From contig NC_083285.1 of assembly GCF_963506605.1 (NCBI RefSeq), positions 1,674,001 to 1,738,000 on the forward strand: DNA of 64,000 bases, given 5' to 3'. Made by a program: the position numbers and the translations under genes. Source of the stretch: Zootoca vivipara. Its lineage: Eukaryota. Positions 50,371 to 62,192 of the stretch are shown in pieces. The notes under the pieces were generated by a model that worked only from the letters and a program-made list of their open reading frames with translations, was not told the DNA's origin and did not search any database. The stretch's first letter is position 1, and each line of letters starts with the position of its first letter.

Positions 50371-50583
50371 CTGCAGGACTGATGCACACATTCAATGCAC
50401 ATGCAGCCACAGACATCACAGGCTTTGGAATCCTGGGGCATGCACAAAATTTAGCCAAGCAGCAACGCAATGAGGTTTCTTTTGTTATACACAATCTTCC
50501 TGTTCTTGCCAAAATGGCTGCAGTCAGCAAGGCGTGTGGCAACATGTTTGGCCTTATGCATGGGACGTGTCCTGAGACTTCAG
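50371..50583 (+). CDS. SEPHS1: SEPHS1 coding exon 7
   Basis: tccag|CT...TCAG|gtaaat, 213 nt. (A)[26 protein letters not shown]...GTCPETS. Confidence 0.98.
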
Positions 50584-53500
50584 GTAAATCTCCCTTTTTA
50601 AAATCGGGTATTTTCTCCTAAGAATGTCATAACATACCATATCTATAGGAGGAAACTTAATATGAATTTGTGTCAGCAGTGTCTTGGCTAGGCAAATGCT
50701 TTCTTAATGTGACTGGGCAAATTTCCAAACTTTGTGCACTGCATTTTTAACAATATTTGAATCATTGCATGGAGAGCATAATACATATTGCTGAGATTTA
50801 TCTTTATAGAATTAAATGGCATTTGTATATTTGTGTTAAGTGCAGCCTGCATTACAATTGATGGAGACTGCGAATCAATTCTAGGTAGGTTGCATTTCTG
50901 CAATTGCAAATATGCCTTCAGTGAGACAAATAGAAAGGAAGGTTTGCCAAATTGTAGGGGAAAAGACAGGATCCTGATTCCAAGTTTTTAGGGCTTTGTA
51001 CACCAAGTCAAATCATTTTCTTATGATCAATGACCAGTATCAAGACAGACACCAATTATAAAATATCACCATCAGGGGCATACCCAGGATCAAAACTGGG
51101 GGGGGGGGGAGCATAAGAGAAAGAAAGAGAGGCGAGTAGTTGTAATCGGTTTCCAGCTGCTGTTGGACTACAACTCCCATCATCCTTAGCTAACAGGACC
51201 AGTGGTCAGGGATGTTGGGAGATGTAGTCCCAAAACACCTGGTGGGCCGAGTTTGCCTATGCCTGCCCTAGAAGTTTGCTCCTATGTCCAGTTCCAGCAG
51301 AGGTGCGTTAGAATGCCTTCTCTGCCCCGCCCCTCCCAGTCCACCCGATGTCCACATCTCTCTCTCTCCAGCCAGAGTTGCCCGCTCGGTTCCGGGCCGT
51401 GCTTCGCTTATTGTTCATTAATCCGGTGGCATCCCTGCCTCCCTCCCCTGCGCCCGGTTTGCCTTGCGGCGGTGGCGTACCAGCCCTTTCCCCGCCGTCG
51501 CCTGGTTACCAGCACTGCAGCGCATGCGGGCACCGTCAAGTACCCTGCCGCGGGTGGCTCCTCCTCCCTGGAAAAGGGTCCATACCGCCTGCCTGCCTGC
51601 CTGCGGAAGACCCCTCCCCATCCTGCGGTTATTTATCTTGGCTGCCCCCCTGCCAAGGCGCATGCTCCCTGCCCGGGAGGAGGAGGCTTTCTGCTGCTCC
51701 TCCACAAAGATCAGTAGCAAAGCAGCAGCAAGTGCCATTCTTTCAGTGGCCTATTAGGATGGTAATATTCTGCCCCATGGAGCTGTCCAGCTGTTGCATT
51801 TTGCACCAGCTGCAGCTTCTGGGTCAGCCTTGAGCAGTCCTACACAATACATTGTAGTCATCCAATCTTGTCTCCTGTGCATCTTGCCACCTGCACGAAA
51901 ATGCTGGGAGAAGTCACCTGGGAATTTAGAGTGGGTGCCATGAATACAGTGATTACGCTCAACACTCACTCAATCTCTCTCCCTCCCCCCCCCCCCAAGT
52001 GGGTTGAGGTAGTGGAAGAAGTGCAGAACCAGTTTTCAGAATTGGCACTGAGCCAGATGCAGACCAATAAACTGAATCAAACTCCTGACAAATGAGGTTC
52101 TATCAGTACTTTAGTTGCTCAAGGACATGATGTTCAGTCTGCTCTAGACTGAGTTACACCCTCCCAAAGGATCGTGTTTGCAGTTTGGCGATACTGTTGT
52201 GCCAGAGGTGGGTCAAACTTGGCCTGCGAGGCTCTTTTCTTCAAACGCTGCCCACCTGCCATCATATGTCACATCAGGTGGAGCCTTGGGCACAATGGGG
52301 CACTCCTGGTCATGCACTGGCAAGTGAAAGCAGCTTTGGCTCTATTGCCCCTAAGCTGATGGACAATTGAGCCAAGGCACGCTGGATCAGGTGTGGGAGC
52401 AACTTCCCTGTAGAGAGCACCCCTGCATGCCGCAAGGCTGGGCTATGCATGGTGTTTGGAAGTCCTGACTTCAGACCGCAAGATGCCCAGTCCCCCAAGG
52501 TTTAATTTTGCAGCAAAGAACTGTTGAGAAGAGCACGCCTGGCAGTACTGGGCAGCACAATATGGGGTTAGCCCATTGGCATACAAACACTGCATTTTGC
52601 ACAAGAATTACTTAAAGAACTTCTTCCAGAGGTCAGTAGATGGTGCTCTTTTCCCAGAGAGCTCAATTAGCTACTGCTGCTGTGTGTTTCGTGCAAGTTC
52701 TAGTCTGGAATAGTCTCCCAATGTCCACAATGTCGTGGCTGTAGACCAGATGTGTGTTTTGCAAATTACACAGAAGGGTAAGAAAGCAGTATTATGTAGG
52801 GAGAAAAAATATTCATGGAGTAACATTTCTGAGTATGCACTCCTAAGAGTTGGTTTCTCATGTTGGCCTGCTTCACATGGTCACATTAAACACCCTTAAA
52901 GTAAGCACATATGAACGCTAATGTGAACAAGCAGTGTGCTGGTGCACACTGCCAAAATTGTGCTTCACTGTTCCCCTGATGCTGTTGTGCTTCCAGGAAA
53001 GAAGCCATACTCAGGCTTGTTGTGTGGGCTGAGCATGGGCTCCTGGTTTCTTTCCTCGTAAGGCTGGGCCGTTCAGACAACACAACAAGCCAGACTTGCC
53101 TTCTTGGCAGCCGGGGAGAACAAAGTGGGCATTCCCATTATGCCATAGTTTATTTTAAGTATGGTTTGATGTAACATAATTCACACATCAGGATAAGTTA
53201 ATAAAGGGTAGCTTGCACAATTAGGTACTGTTTTTGTACATACTCATCAATATTAAACGTATCCGTTTACCTGGAGTTCTTTTAGGTCATGCTTTGTACA
53301 TCTCTCTGTAATGTGTAAATAACCGCACAAATTAGCCTCCAATTTTCAAACACCTTCTGAAAGGAACTTTCTGAAGATCCTTTTGGAAATCGAATTTGAA
53401 TCAAATCAGGAAGAATAAAAGGCTAGGACAATATTTTCCAGCACAAATTATTGAGACTGCTTTTACCATATGCATCAGGGATGGGGAACCTGTGACTCTC

Positions 53501-53677
53501 CAGGTGTTGGTGGACTCTAATTCCCATCAGTTCCAGCTAGTATGGCCAATGGAAAAGTATGATGGGATCTGCCATCATCCCTGGTACCCACTAACAGTAT
53601 CCCTAATTAATGAACAACATTCATTGATATACGTCAAAATTGTATCTGGATTCTTAGTTTAAAAAATGGAGTAGAAC

Positions 53678-53776
53678 TCCTTCATGGATCACTGCCTTGT
53701 CATGGCGAAGGGGCTTGAATGCAGCTATGAGCTATGCCGTGCAGGGCCACCCAAGATGGACAGGTCATAGTGGAGG
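53678..53776 (+). mobile_element. RTE/BovB LINE 5'-region fragment
   Basis: catggatcactgccttgtc...gccgtgcagggccacccaagatggacaggtcatagtggag resembles the recalled BovB 5' sequence. Confidence 0.6.
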
Positions 53777-54636
53777 AATGGTGGGGGCAGAAGGGCAGGG
53801 AGGTGACCAAATAAAATAGGATTAGATGCCTGCAGTATATGTAGGCAAGACAACCTGCATGTGGATGAATCCCCATGGAGAGCATTCTTGTAGAAATTTT
53901 ATAGTGTGCTCTGTCTCCAAGCACCATATTTGTCATCTTTATTTTCTTCACCACAGAAGTTCTTGCTCACACTTGGTAGGAAGGATGCTGATAAATATAA
54001 ATAAATTTTAGTTCAAAAGGTTTTGCTGACTGATAACCATGTATTGTATAGCAGTGTCTGTTGATTTGGCATGCTACTCACTCCAAAGAAGCTGTTTTTC
54101 GTTCTGGAGTTGATGATACAGTATAAGGACCAGCATCTTTGATGCCATTGGGTTTCCTTTATTCATTTATGTATTTTTAAAAAAATACATATAACTATGT
54201 CTGAAGAGAACTTGGTTGAAAAACTGTTATATCAGATTTGTTTAAGAGCAGGAGTTCTCAAATGGTTTTCATGGTGAGCCTCCCCAAATAAAATGCTGAG
54301 CTTTTCCTATCTTGACGCAGGGAAAATTGCTGGTGGCTTAGGTCTATTAGAAGGCATATGAAATAAAAGGAAAGAATCAGAATTACATGGAAGAGTGTTT
54401 GAAGAACCACAAGACATAGATGGGGAGGGAAGCAAAATCTCATGGAAAATACGAGCCTACCGGTATTCAATTGTACACAGGCATCATCAGTCAACAAGGA
54501 TGCCCAGACTTGCATCCTTTGTAGCTGAAATAACTTTTACCAACTTCCATTTTAGGAATGATGGGATTTAGATTGGAGTAATTGAGAAGGTTTGTAGTGA
54601 CTTCTGACCTGAACTGTCAACTCTTCTTCCTTTCAG

Positions 54637-54851
54637 GAGGACTCCTTATTTGTTTACCACGTGAACAGGCAGCACGTTTCTGCGCTGAAATCAAGTCTCC
54701 AAAATATGGTGAAGGTCACCAGGCATGGATTATTGGGATTGTAGAAAAGGGCAACCGCACTGCCAGGATTATAGACAAACCTCGAATCATTGAGGTAGCA
54801 CCACAAGTGGCTACTCAGAACGTGAACCCAACGCCTGGAGCAACTTCTTAA
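54637..54851 (+). CDS. SEPHS1: SEPHS1 last coding exon
   Basis: ttcag|GA...TAA, 215 nt. (G)[70 protein letters not shown]. Exon lengths sum to 1179 nt = 392 aa plus stop. Confidence 0.98.
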
Positions 54852-54994
54852 TCTAGATGAAATAGCTTTTTTTAAATAGATCTATTCCTTTACCATTTTA
54901 CAGCCTAAAGAACTGTAAAAAAGAGAAAAAGAAACACATTGTGTCTGAAAATCTGGTGGCCTTAGGTCAGTTTGAGTGGATGCGTTTAATAAAA

Positions 54995-55134
54995 NNNNNN
55001 NNNNNNNNNNNNNNNNNNNNNNNNNNNNNNNNNNNNNNNNNNNNNNNNNNNNNNNNNNNNNNNNNNNNNNNNNNNNNNNNNNNNNNNNNNNNNNNNNNNN
55101 NNNNNNNNNNNNNNNNNNNNNNNNNNNNNNNNNN
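54995..55134. other. Assembly gap (140 N) in the SEPHS1 3' UTR
   Basis: Run of N. Confidence 1.
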
Positions 55135-55898
55135 GCTCTTTTTAAAAAAGGTGCTTTCACGTAGCACAGACATTACCAATAGTGGTGTCAAATAGCAGTT
55201 TATGTCCTTTTTCACTATGTGTATATTTATCATTAGGTCTAATTTCAGATGCCTTGAATGAAATTCCAGGAAGGCAATAAATTTGATAAAGTGATGCACA
55301 GAGCTTTTATCCATTAGCCAAGAGGGTTGCATGTCTACAGTCAATCTTTGATTTGTAAAAGTCTTATCCGTGCGCATCTAAAACCCTGGACATTGCTTGG
55401 TTATACATTCTGCTAAAAACAAGCAAGTGCTGACTTTGCATGGAAGCACTTCAGAGTTGAAGGGAAAAAATAATTTTCTTCTTTGTAGATCAGACAATAT
55501 TTACCTGTATTATCAATAATTGTTTCCTTTATTGATAGCATAAATGACAATTCTCAGTTTTGCAATGTGATTGGGTGTGCTATAGAGCAACAAGGTATCG
55601 CCAGCCAAACAGGTTATTGTATAATCATTTACAATTCACTATATGATTAACTACACAAATAATTTTTAAATATAACCAATTTAAAAAACTGTTTTGTGGA
55701 TGGTAGTGTTTAATACATTTTATATTTTGTATAGTGATTATTATAAATCTTTTTGTTTTTTGTTTTCTTAAATCAGCTGTCTAGTATAATGCCTAGTATT
55801 TTTGTTCTCTGCTCAAAATTCATTTTTGTGCACGCTTTTGTGATGTGTTTAATATCTGCATTGCCAACATTTCAGCCTGAACTTAAGCTTATTATTTG

Positions 55899-55904
55899 AA
55901 TAAA
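55899..55904 (+). terminator. SEPHS1: Probable SEPHS1 polyadenylation signal (alternative AATAAA at 54988)
   Basis: AATAAA ending about 1 kb of AT-rich, TE-free UTR, followed by a T-rich tract. Confidence 0.55.
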
Positions 55905-56483
55905 TATTTAATTTTTTTACTGCTCTTGTACAAATCGATGACTTTTAACATTTTATGCCTAAGCTTACTGTGGGTGAAAGGTGGCGAGTAGGTTATTATG
56001 CCATTTAGAATTATGGTATTGACATTTAATAATCCGTGAGAAGTGAAAGCAGTTATATCCAATAGCTATTTTGGAGTTAAATTGCCTGTAAAAGTGCAAT
56101 CCTATACTCGTTTACCTAGGAGCTCCAGTGAGCTCAGTGGGACTTGTATTCAGAAATAGACATGCATTGGATTATAAATTCTAGAATGCGGCATCTAAAG
56201 GGGGTTCATTTCTTTTCAAGAGAATGAATGTGGAAGCCATAGGGCTGCATACAGTTATGGGTGAGTTGGCTAAATTACATCCTGCCATTATAAAGAGGGA
56301 GGATGGAGAGTAAGTTCTATAGCTTATGGTTGGAAAAATAAATGATTTCAAAGGAGAGGTAAGACTGAGGGTGATTGGTGCATGTGAGTGTGGTTTATCT
56401 CACTCACTACTGGCATGCAGCTCTTTTGCAAAGGCGGGTAAGTAACCAATGTTTTAAAAATATTCTATATTGAATACCATATA

Positions 56484-56734
56484 CAGTGGTCCCTTGACTT
56501 ACGAATGACTCGACATCCGTAGGTTTCGACTTACGAACGGGACAAATGGCCGCACGCTTACGAATTTTTCTACATCCGAACGGAAACTGTTGGCGGTTTT
56601 TTATGCGGTTTCCTCGACTTACAAATTTTTTCGAATTTTTTTTTCCTATGGGAAGCCGCGCTTTGACTTACGAACTTTTCAACCTATGAATGTGCATTCG
56701 GAACGGATTAAGTTTGTAAGTTGAGGGACCACTG
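56484..56734. mobile_element. TA-flanked MITE
   Basis: TA|cagtggtccct ... agggaccactg|TA. Shares the acttacgaa motifs of the 6996 element. Confidence 0.82.
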
Positions 56735-57145
56735 TACAGGACAGTTAAAAGAAAACTACAAAATGGTGTTGGAAAGTATTTCCTAAGACCCAAGCCCCAG
56801 AGGAGGCTTTAATTTTATTCTGTTTTTCCCTGTACTCTAGCACCCTCCCCCCCCCATCATACAGTTGCGTGATTTTTATTTCCAAGATAGCCTATCCAAA
56901 GGTCACTCATGTATTGCGGCTGGCTTTAGTGAATTAGGTTGCAAAGGTCCTACCATAGTTTGTTAGCCACATCAGCTTTTCATAAAAACATATGCAAAAT
57001 GCGAAACTTAATTCTGCTCCCCTTTCCTAACCACAGCCACCAAAGTGTTACAGTACTTACCTCATTGGGGAAAACTAAACATAAATTCATATACCATAAC
57101 TGCAGCATGTTGGGCAACTGTTCATTGAGATGGAGAAGCCCTGTA

Positions 57146-57360
57146 CAGTGGTACCTCAGGTTACAAACGCTTCATGTTACAAATTCCGCTAACCCAGAAA
57201 TAGTACCTCGGGTTAAGAACTTTGCTTCAGGATGAGAACAGAAATTGTGCGGCGGCAGCGGGAGGCCCCATTAGCTAAAGTGGTGCTTCAGGTTAAGAAC
57301 AGTTTCAGGTTAAGAACAGACCTCCAGAACGAATTAAGTTCTTAACCAGAGGTACCACTG
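57146..57360. mobile_element. TA-flanked MITE
   Basis: TA|cagtggtacctc ... gaggtaccactg|TA. Confidence 0.85.
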
Positions 57361-58370
57361 TATATTGCAAGAACTTGGGGTGAGAGTACACCCCTTTTCA
57401 GGATCCCTGTCACTGAAGTTTGGGCCCACCCATATCAGATATTTGTCTCAAAAGTCCAAAGGTTCTTAACCTTTCTACCCCCAGGGCCCACTGGGAATGG
57501 CCAAAACTCAGAGGCCCACCAGTCACAAATTGACAGCAGATAGTGGCAGGGTTTGGAATAATCAGCTGGCAAACGTTGACATTATTTTCTACTTCTGTCT
57601 AATCCCATTTCTGGAAATGGCTGAGTTATTTGCTACAGTGTGGTAGGGTGTTATGTTACCTAGCTTTCTTCAAGCCAAGTACAGTCCTTTGCCATGGAGG
57701 TATTGTAACTCGGCCTCCCCTGATGCAGAGGTGCCCAAACATTGTTCAGAGAGGGGCAGATTTGATGAAGCGAACATGTGTGAGGGCACAACCAGAGTTG
57801 TAGACTTTTTAGGATTGAAGTTGTTGAGCTTTGGACTTTGGACATGCCTGCTCTAAGTGGGAGCTTTTTCTTTTGCAGCTTCTAGTTCCCACTCCTTTCG
57901 GCCCCTCAAAAGTATGTTTACCCATCTCCTGTAACTTACTTCCCCCAACTGACAGTTTCTTCCCCTTGGGTTCCTTTAAGCTCACTTCCTCCTCTAACAG
58001 CTTTCCACTCTTACCCCTTCCAATTCCCAGTTTTCATTTGTTTCTTAGTAATGACACTAACCTTTCACTTTCTGATTTCCTTTAACAACCTCTTGCAAGA
58101 CAGTTACTAGTGCTGGCATTCGTCTGTCTGTGCCATGGATGGCGAAGGGACAGGTCAGGCAAGTGAGGAGGCCACTGGGCAAGCTGTAGCCACGAGGGCC
58201 AATGTTTGGGAAATGCTGCCCCCAAGTGTATTGGTTTACTTTCCCTCATAGGAAGGAATGGCATGTACTCTACCAGTGCTCATTTTCTGGTTACGGAAAA
58301 AGGAAATCTCACTGAGTTCAAGGTGAGTTGGTCCCAAATCTTGTGTTTTTGGCTAAGAGGAAGGCTAGAA

Positions 58371-58488
58371 AAAGGTTACCAGTCCCCATTTCCCGGGGAC
58401 AGTCCCCGGATTTACAAATCAGTCCCCTGGCAAAATCCATCCCCTTCAACTGAAGTTGGATTCATTGAAAAAAAATCTGGTAACCTTA
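58371..58488. mobile_element. hAT MITE
   Basis: TIR aaggttaccag / ctggtaacctt. Perfect 8-bp TSD ggctagaa (58363-58370, 58489-58496). Confidence 0.85.
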
Positions 58489-59289
58489 GGCTAGAAAAGT
58501 TCTAACACCAGGCAGCCTGTGGCCCTCCCCAAATTGGTTGGGCTCCAGCATAGCCTGGGGTGATGGGTGTTTCAGAGACCAGTCATCAGTACTGTAAGCA
58601 AGTTTGAAAGCAGATTTGTTGTTACATGATATTAAAGTATATTAATACAAATAATGAAATTAATGGCTGATTAAGCAATCTGGCCTTTTTGCATGTGTCG
58701 GTTACCTTGTGAGATATTCTGGAGAGAAGAAAAGGCTCGGGAGTAAACCCTACGCAAGTGGAGTCCCTAAGGCGGTTGGATGGTGCCTTTTGGCAACTCC
58801 TGCAGCCAAGCTGGTGCTAGACGTCTTGCTCTGCTTTCCTTTGGACCTCATCAGAGGGGCTGAGTCTTGCCGTCTGGCCAGCCCAGGACCCCCAGACCCA
58901 CTGCCGGGGCTTGCGTCCCAGAGAGGTCACTTGGGTGCTGCTGGCGCAGCAAAAGCGGACCGGGAGGCCGGTGCTGCGATTCTCCAGTGGTTTGCCTTCC
59001 CCCTCCCGAGACAGAAGGATGCCCGCTAGTGTTGTTACGGTAATTTTGTGTTTTTATGTTGTAAACTCCCCTGCGACCTATAAGTTTAGCAAATCTTGAT
59101 AATAACCACACCAGTTGTATGTAGCTTGCCAGCACTATTCTCTAAAACGAGCAATACTTTCCCCTTGGGATGGAAATGTGAACCTTGTAAAACGTGCTGC
59201 AGTTCCTAATTCCCCCGCGGAATCTCAGGATGGGCGACTGGGGAGGGTACACCGGGGTCATCTAGTCCAACCCCTTGTTGCAAGTCATG

Positions 59290-59930
59290 ACTCGGAGCGG
59301 TTTTTTCACACGTGACGCCTTCGAACCTCTGCCCGCCTTCCCTGCCTGCCACGAAGCGCTTGCTAGTCGCGCCGGGTCCTTCCTTCCGGTGGAGAGGAGT
59401 ACGGGGGGGGGCGGCCCTCTCTCCCTCCCTCCCCCCCCGGTAGGAGGAGCCCCGCAGGGCCCGGCCTCTTCCCCGCCCTGGGCGGCGCTCCTCCGCTCCC
59501 TCAGAGACACCGAGGCAGAGGAGGAGTCCGCATTTGAGGGCGCCATGGCGGAGGCCGAGGCCGAGGGACCCAGCCGCGCCGACCCCGCCGCCTCCACCGC
59601 CTCGGTCCGGCTGCGCGCCCTGCTGCGCCACGTCCTGCCCTCCTCGCTCGGCGCCCGGCGGGCCTGCGCCTCCTCGCCGCGCCCCGTATCCTTTGGGCCG
59701 AGCGGGCAGCCGGGGAGGGAGCCGAGGCCGGCCGGCCGGGAGGAAAAGCACCTGCTCCGCATAGCTGCCAAGTTTTCCCTTTTCTCGTGAGGAAGCCTAT
59801 TCAGCATAAGGGAAAATCCCTTAAAAAAATGGATAACTTGGCAGCTATGGCTCGGCGGGCGCCGGAGGGGAGGTCTCGCCCGGCTGGGCCGGCCCGGAGG
59901 TTGCTCCTCCTCGCCCAGGTCCAGGAGCCG
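59290..59930 (+). promoter_or_regulatory. PHYH: PHYH CpG island / promoter
   Basis: CpG-rich block with GC box ccccgccc at about 59471, upstream of a perfect-Kozak ATG. Confidence 0.75.
59545..59685 (+). CDS. PHYH: Phytanoyl-CoA 2-hydroxylase, probable exon 1 (PTS2 presequence)
   Basis: gcgccATGG. Translates MAEAEAEGPSRADPAASTASVRLRALLRHVLPSSLGARRACASSPRP with PTS2-like RLx5HV. Phase-0 donor gtatccttt. PHYH follows SEPHS1 on the same strand in amniote synteny. No catalytic exons are visible in the window. Confidence 0.7.
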
Positions 59931-59937
59931 TGGGGTT

Positions 59938-60055
59938 AAATGGTAGAGCTGGAAGGGACACCCGAGGACCATCGAGTCCAGCCCCCTGCTATGCAGGACT
60001 CTTTCCCGACGGGGGACTGGAAGCCACGACGCTCAGGTCCAGAGACTCGCCTGTT
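59938..60055 (-). mobile_element. Diverged tRNA/CR1-tail SINE
   Basis: Colinear with 32772-32908 (gtagagctggaagggac...gccacgacgctcag), more degenerate. Confidence 0.55.
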
Positions 60056-61365
60056 TCTCGTGGGGTTCATTTCTCGGACAAGCTTTCTAACTCCATCTGA
60101 CCCTCATACAATCGAGAGGGTTGGAAGGGTCCCGAGAGGCATCTAGTCCAGCCCTCCTCTGCAAGGCAGGAATCTCAACTGAAGCCCCTCTCTCTCTCTC
60201 CTTCGCCTTTCTGTGCTCAATCACTTCCAGGTAGCTGCTCCCTTAACCTGCGTTTCCCTTCCGCGTCTGCAGACAAACAGAGCCATTGAAACTGGGGCTG
60301 GACACAATCTCTGGAAGACTTCTTGAGCATATTGGACAACTGCATAGCAGCAGAACTTTTTTTAAAAACCCCATATTTTCATCACATTCAAATGGATAAT
60401 GGGAAAAAGCTTCACCTGTCAAATTGCTGCTTTTCTGACACTTGTTAGAAGTGCATAAACCTCCTATGGGGAGAGGGCAGAGAAGACCTTGGTAACCGCC
60501 TCTCTCAGACATGGCTGACCATGGCTGACCTGGGACTTAATTCTATTTCCCCGACCAGGTGCCTTCTCAGGCCTCACCACTTTTTGGGTTTTGTTTGTAT
60601 ACTGATTAGAGAGCTATGTAATTCTTTCATAACTTGATGGGCCACTTGAATGGCTGTGTGTCTATCATGCAAAGCAGCCCTTTTAATTATAAATCAAATT
60701 ATCCTGTATCTAGTCAAGATTGCATATGTCTGAGCAAGGCTTGTACAGATTTTAGCCCCGGTGAAGCTGAAACTATTTAAACGTTTGAAGCATTTCAGGG
60801 GTTGGACTAGATGACCTTCAGGGTTCCTTCCAACTGTACAATTCTGTGTTTATATAATTTTATCAGTGGGTGACAAATTACTGCAAGTGTGTTTAAGCAA
60901 AATTGTGCACAGCACAAAGAATTCTGCAGGAATAGGAAAATACCTGCAGTGGCCTTTGCCCGCCCCCCCATCCTGATGATTTGGACATGTATCAATCTAA
61001 TTTCTGTTGTCTCTCCATTGTTATTCACGACTTTGCAGGGATATATTTTGACGGAAGAAACATTTCCCTATATTGCATATTAGATCTACAGCTCTGATTG
61101 CTGCTAACCTTTTTATTTATTACCATTTTTTTAACTACCAATCTTGTTTTTGACCTTTGTACCTGGTACTGTTACATAAGGTATATGTGATTATCTAATA
61201 CTTTTTCCTTGATTCTGTTCCTTCCCCTCTTCCCCACTATTACTAATGTGTTTCAAGATGAGGAACAATAGAGAAGTCTGAGCATTTTCAAGGTTTCCTG
61301 AAATTTCTTCTATTTGAATACAGACTTAGCAACTCCCTTTAATTCTGTCACTAGTTATGTGTATA

Positions 61366-61553
61366 CAGTGGTACCTTGGTTTACAACCACAATTGGTTCC
61401 GGAAGTCTGTACTTAAACTGAAGCATACTTAACCTGAAGCAAACTTTCCCATTGAAAGTAATGGAAAGTGGATTAATCTGTTCCAGACAGGTCCGCAGAG
61501 TACTTAAACTGAAAATATTCAAACCGAGGCGTACTTAAGCCGAGGTATGACTG
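61366..61553. mobile_element. TA-flanked MITE
   Basis: Same family as 49642 and 42191. Confidence 0.82.
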
Positions 61554-62135
61554 TAGTATTATGCATCCATATACAAACCAGGGACAGTTGAATCAGCACC
61601 TGTCCTGGCCCTTCTACTTTGGAGAAAATACTAAAAATGATCAGAATATTGATAGCAACAACAATGGATGTTTCCCTGTTAGAAGTTCCTATTGATGATC
61701 ATTCCAGACTGAATTCTCTGTGAAAGAAATGAACATGAAATGAACCATGATTGTTCTTTCAGACTGGGCACCAATTCTGGAAAAAAATAGATTGAAAGAG
61801 TAGCATGTATGCCTTGGTCTTTTGACTCGTATTTTTGTAATTTTTGTAGATTGGAATGTGTGGCACAATGCGTTTAATGTTGTTGCAAAAATACTTTTTA
61901 AAACTGAATAGCGTTAATATCACAAATGGGTTCATCAGTAAGCTATGGTTGTCCACAGTTACCAAAATATACATACTTGCAAAACTGCCTGTGTGGAATG
62001 CCTTATTGGATAAATGAGCTTACTTGTATTAATATAAAACACTTTTTTCATTAAAAAAAAGAATGTCAAAGTCAAAATGCATATTTACATTATTACAATC
62101 ATGAGCATCATAGTCTTGGAATGGATTAATAATTT

Positions 62136-62192
62136 TGTTGTTGTTGTTCAGTCGTTTAGTCGTGTCCGACTCTTCGTGACCCCATGGACCCC
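62136..62192 (-). mobile_element. BovB/RTE extreme 3' end with (CAA)n tail
   Basis: Minus strand ggtccatggggtcacgaagagtcggacacgactaaacgactgaacaacaacaa. Flanking direct repeat ataattt. Confidence 0.75.

Noticed and set aside
54852-55900. SECIS element in the SEPHS1 3' UTR
   Set aside because: No in-frame UGA in the CDS and no convincing AUGA/AA/GA stem-loop. The 140-nt gap cannot be inspected.
59206-59972. Long antisense ORFs over the PHYH island
   Set aside because: GC-rich shadow frames with no homology signal.
60231-60326. PHYH exon 2 (ccag|GTAGCT..., VAAPLT)
   Set aside because: Superficial similarity to the human exon start, but no donor at the expected distance and an in-frame stop follows.
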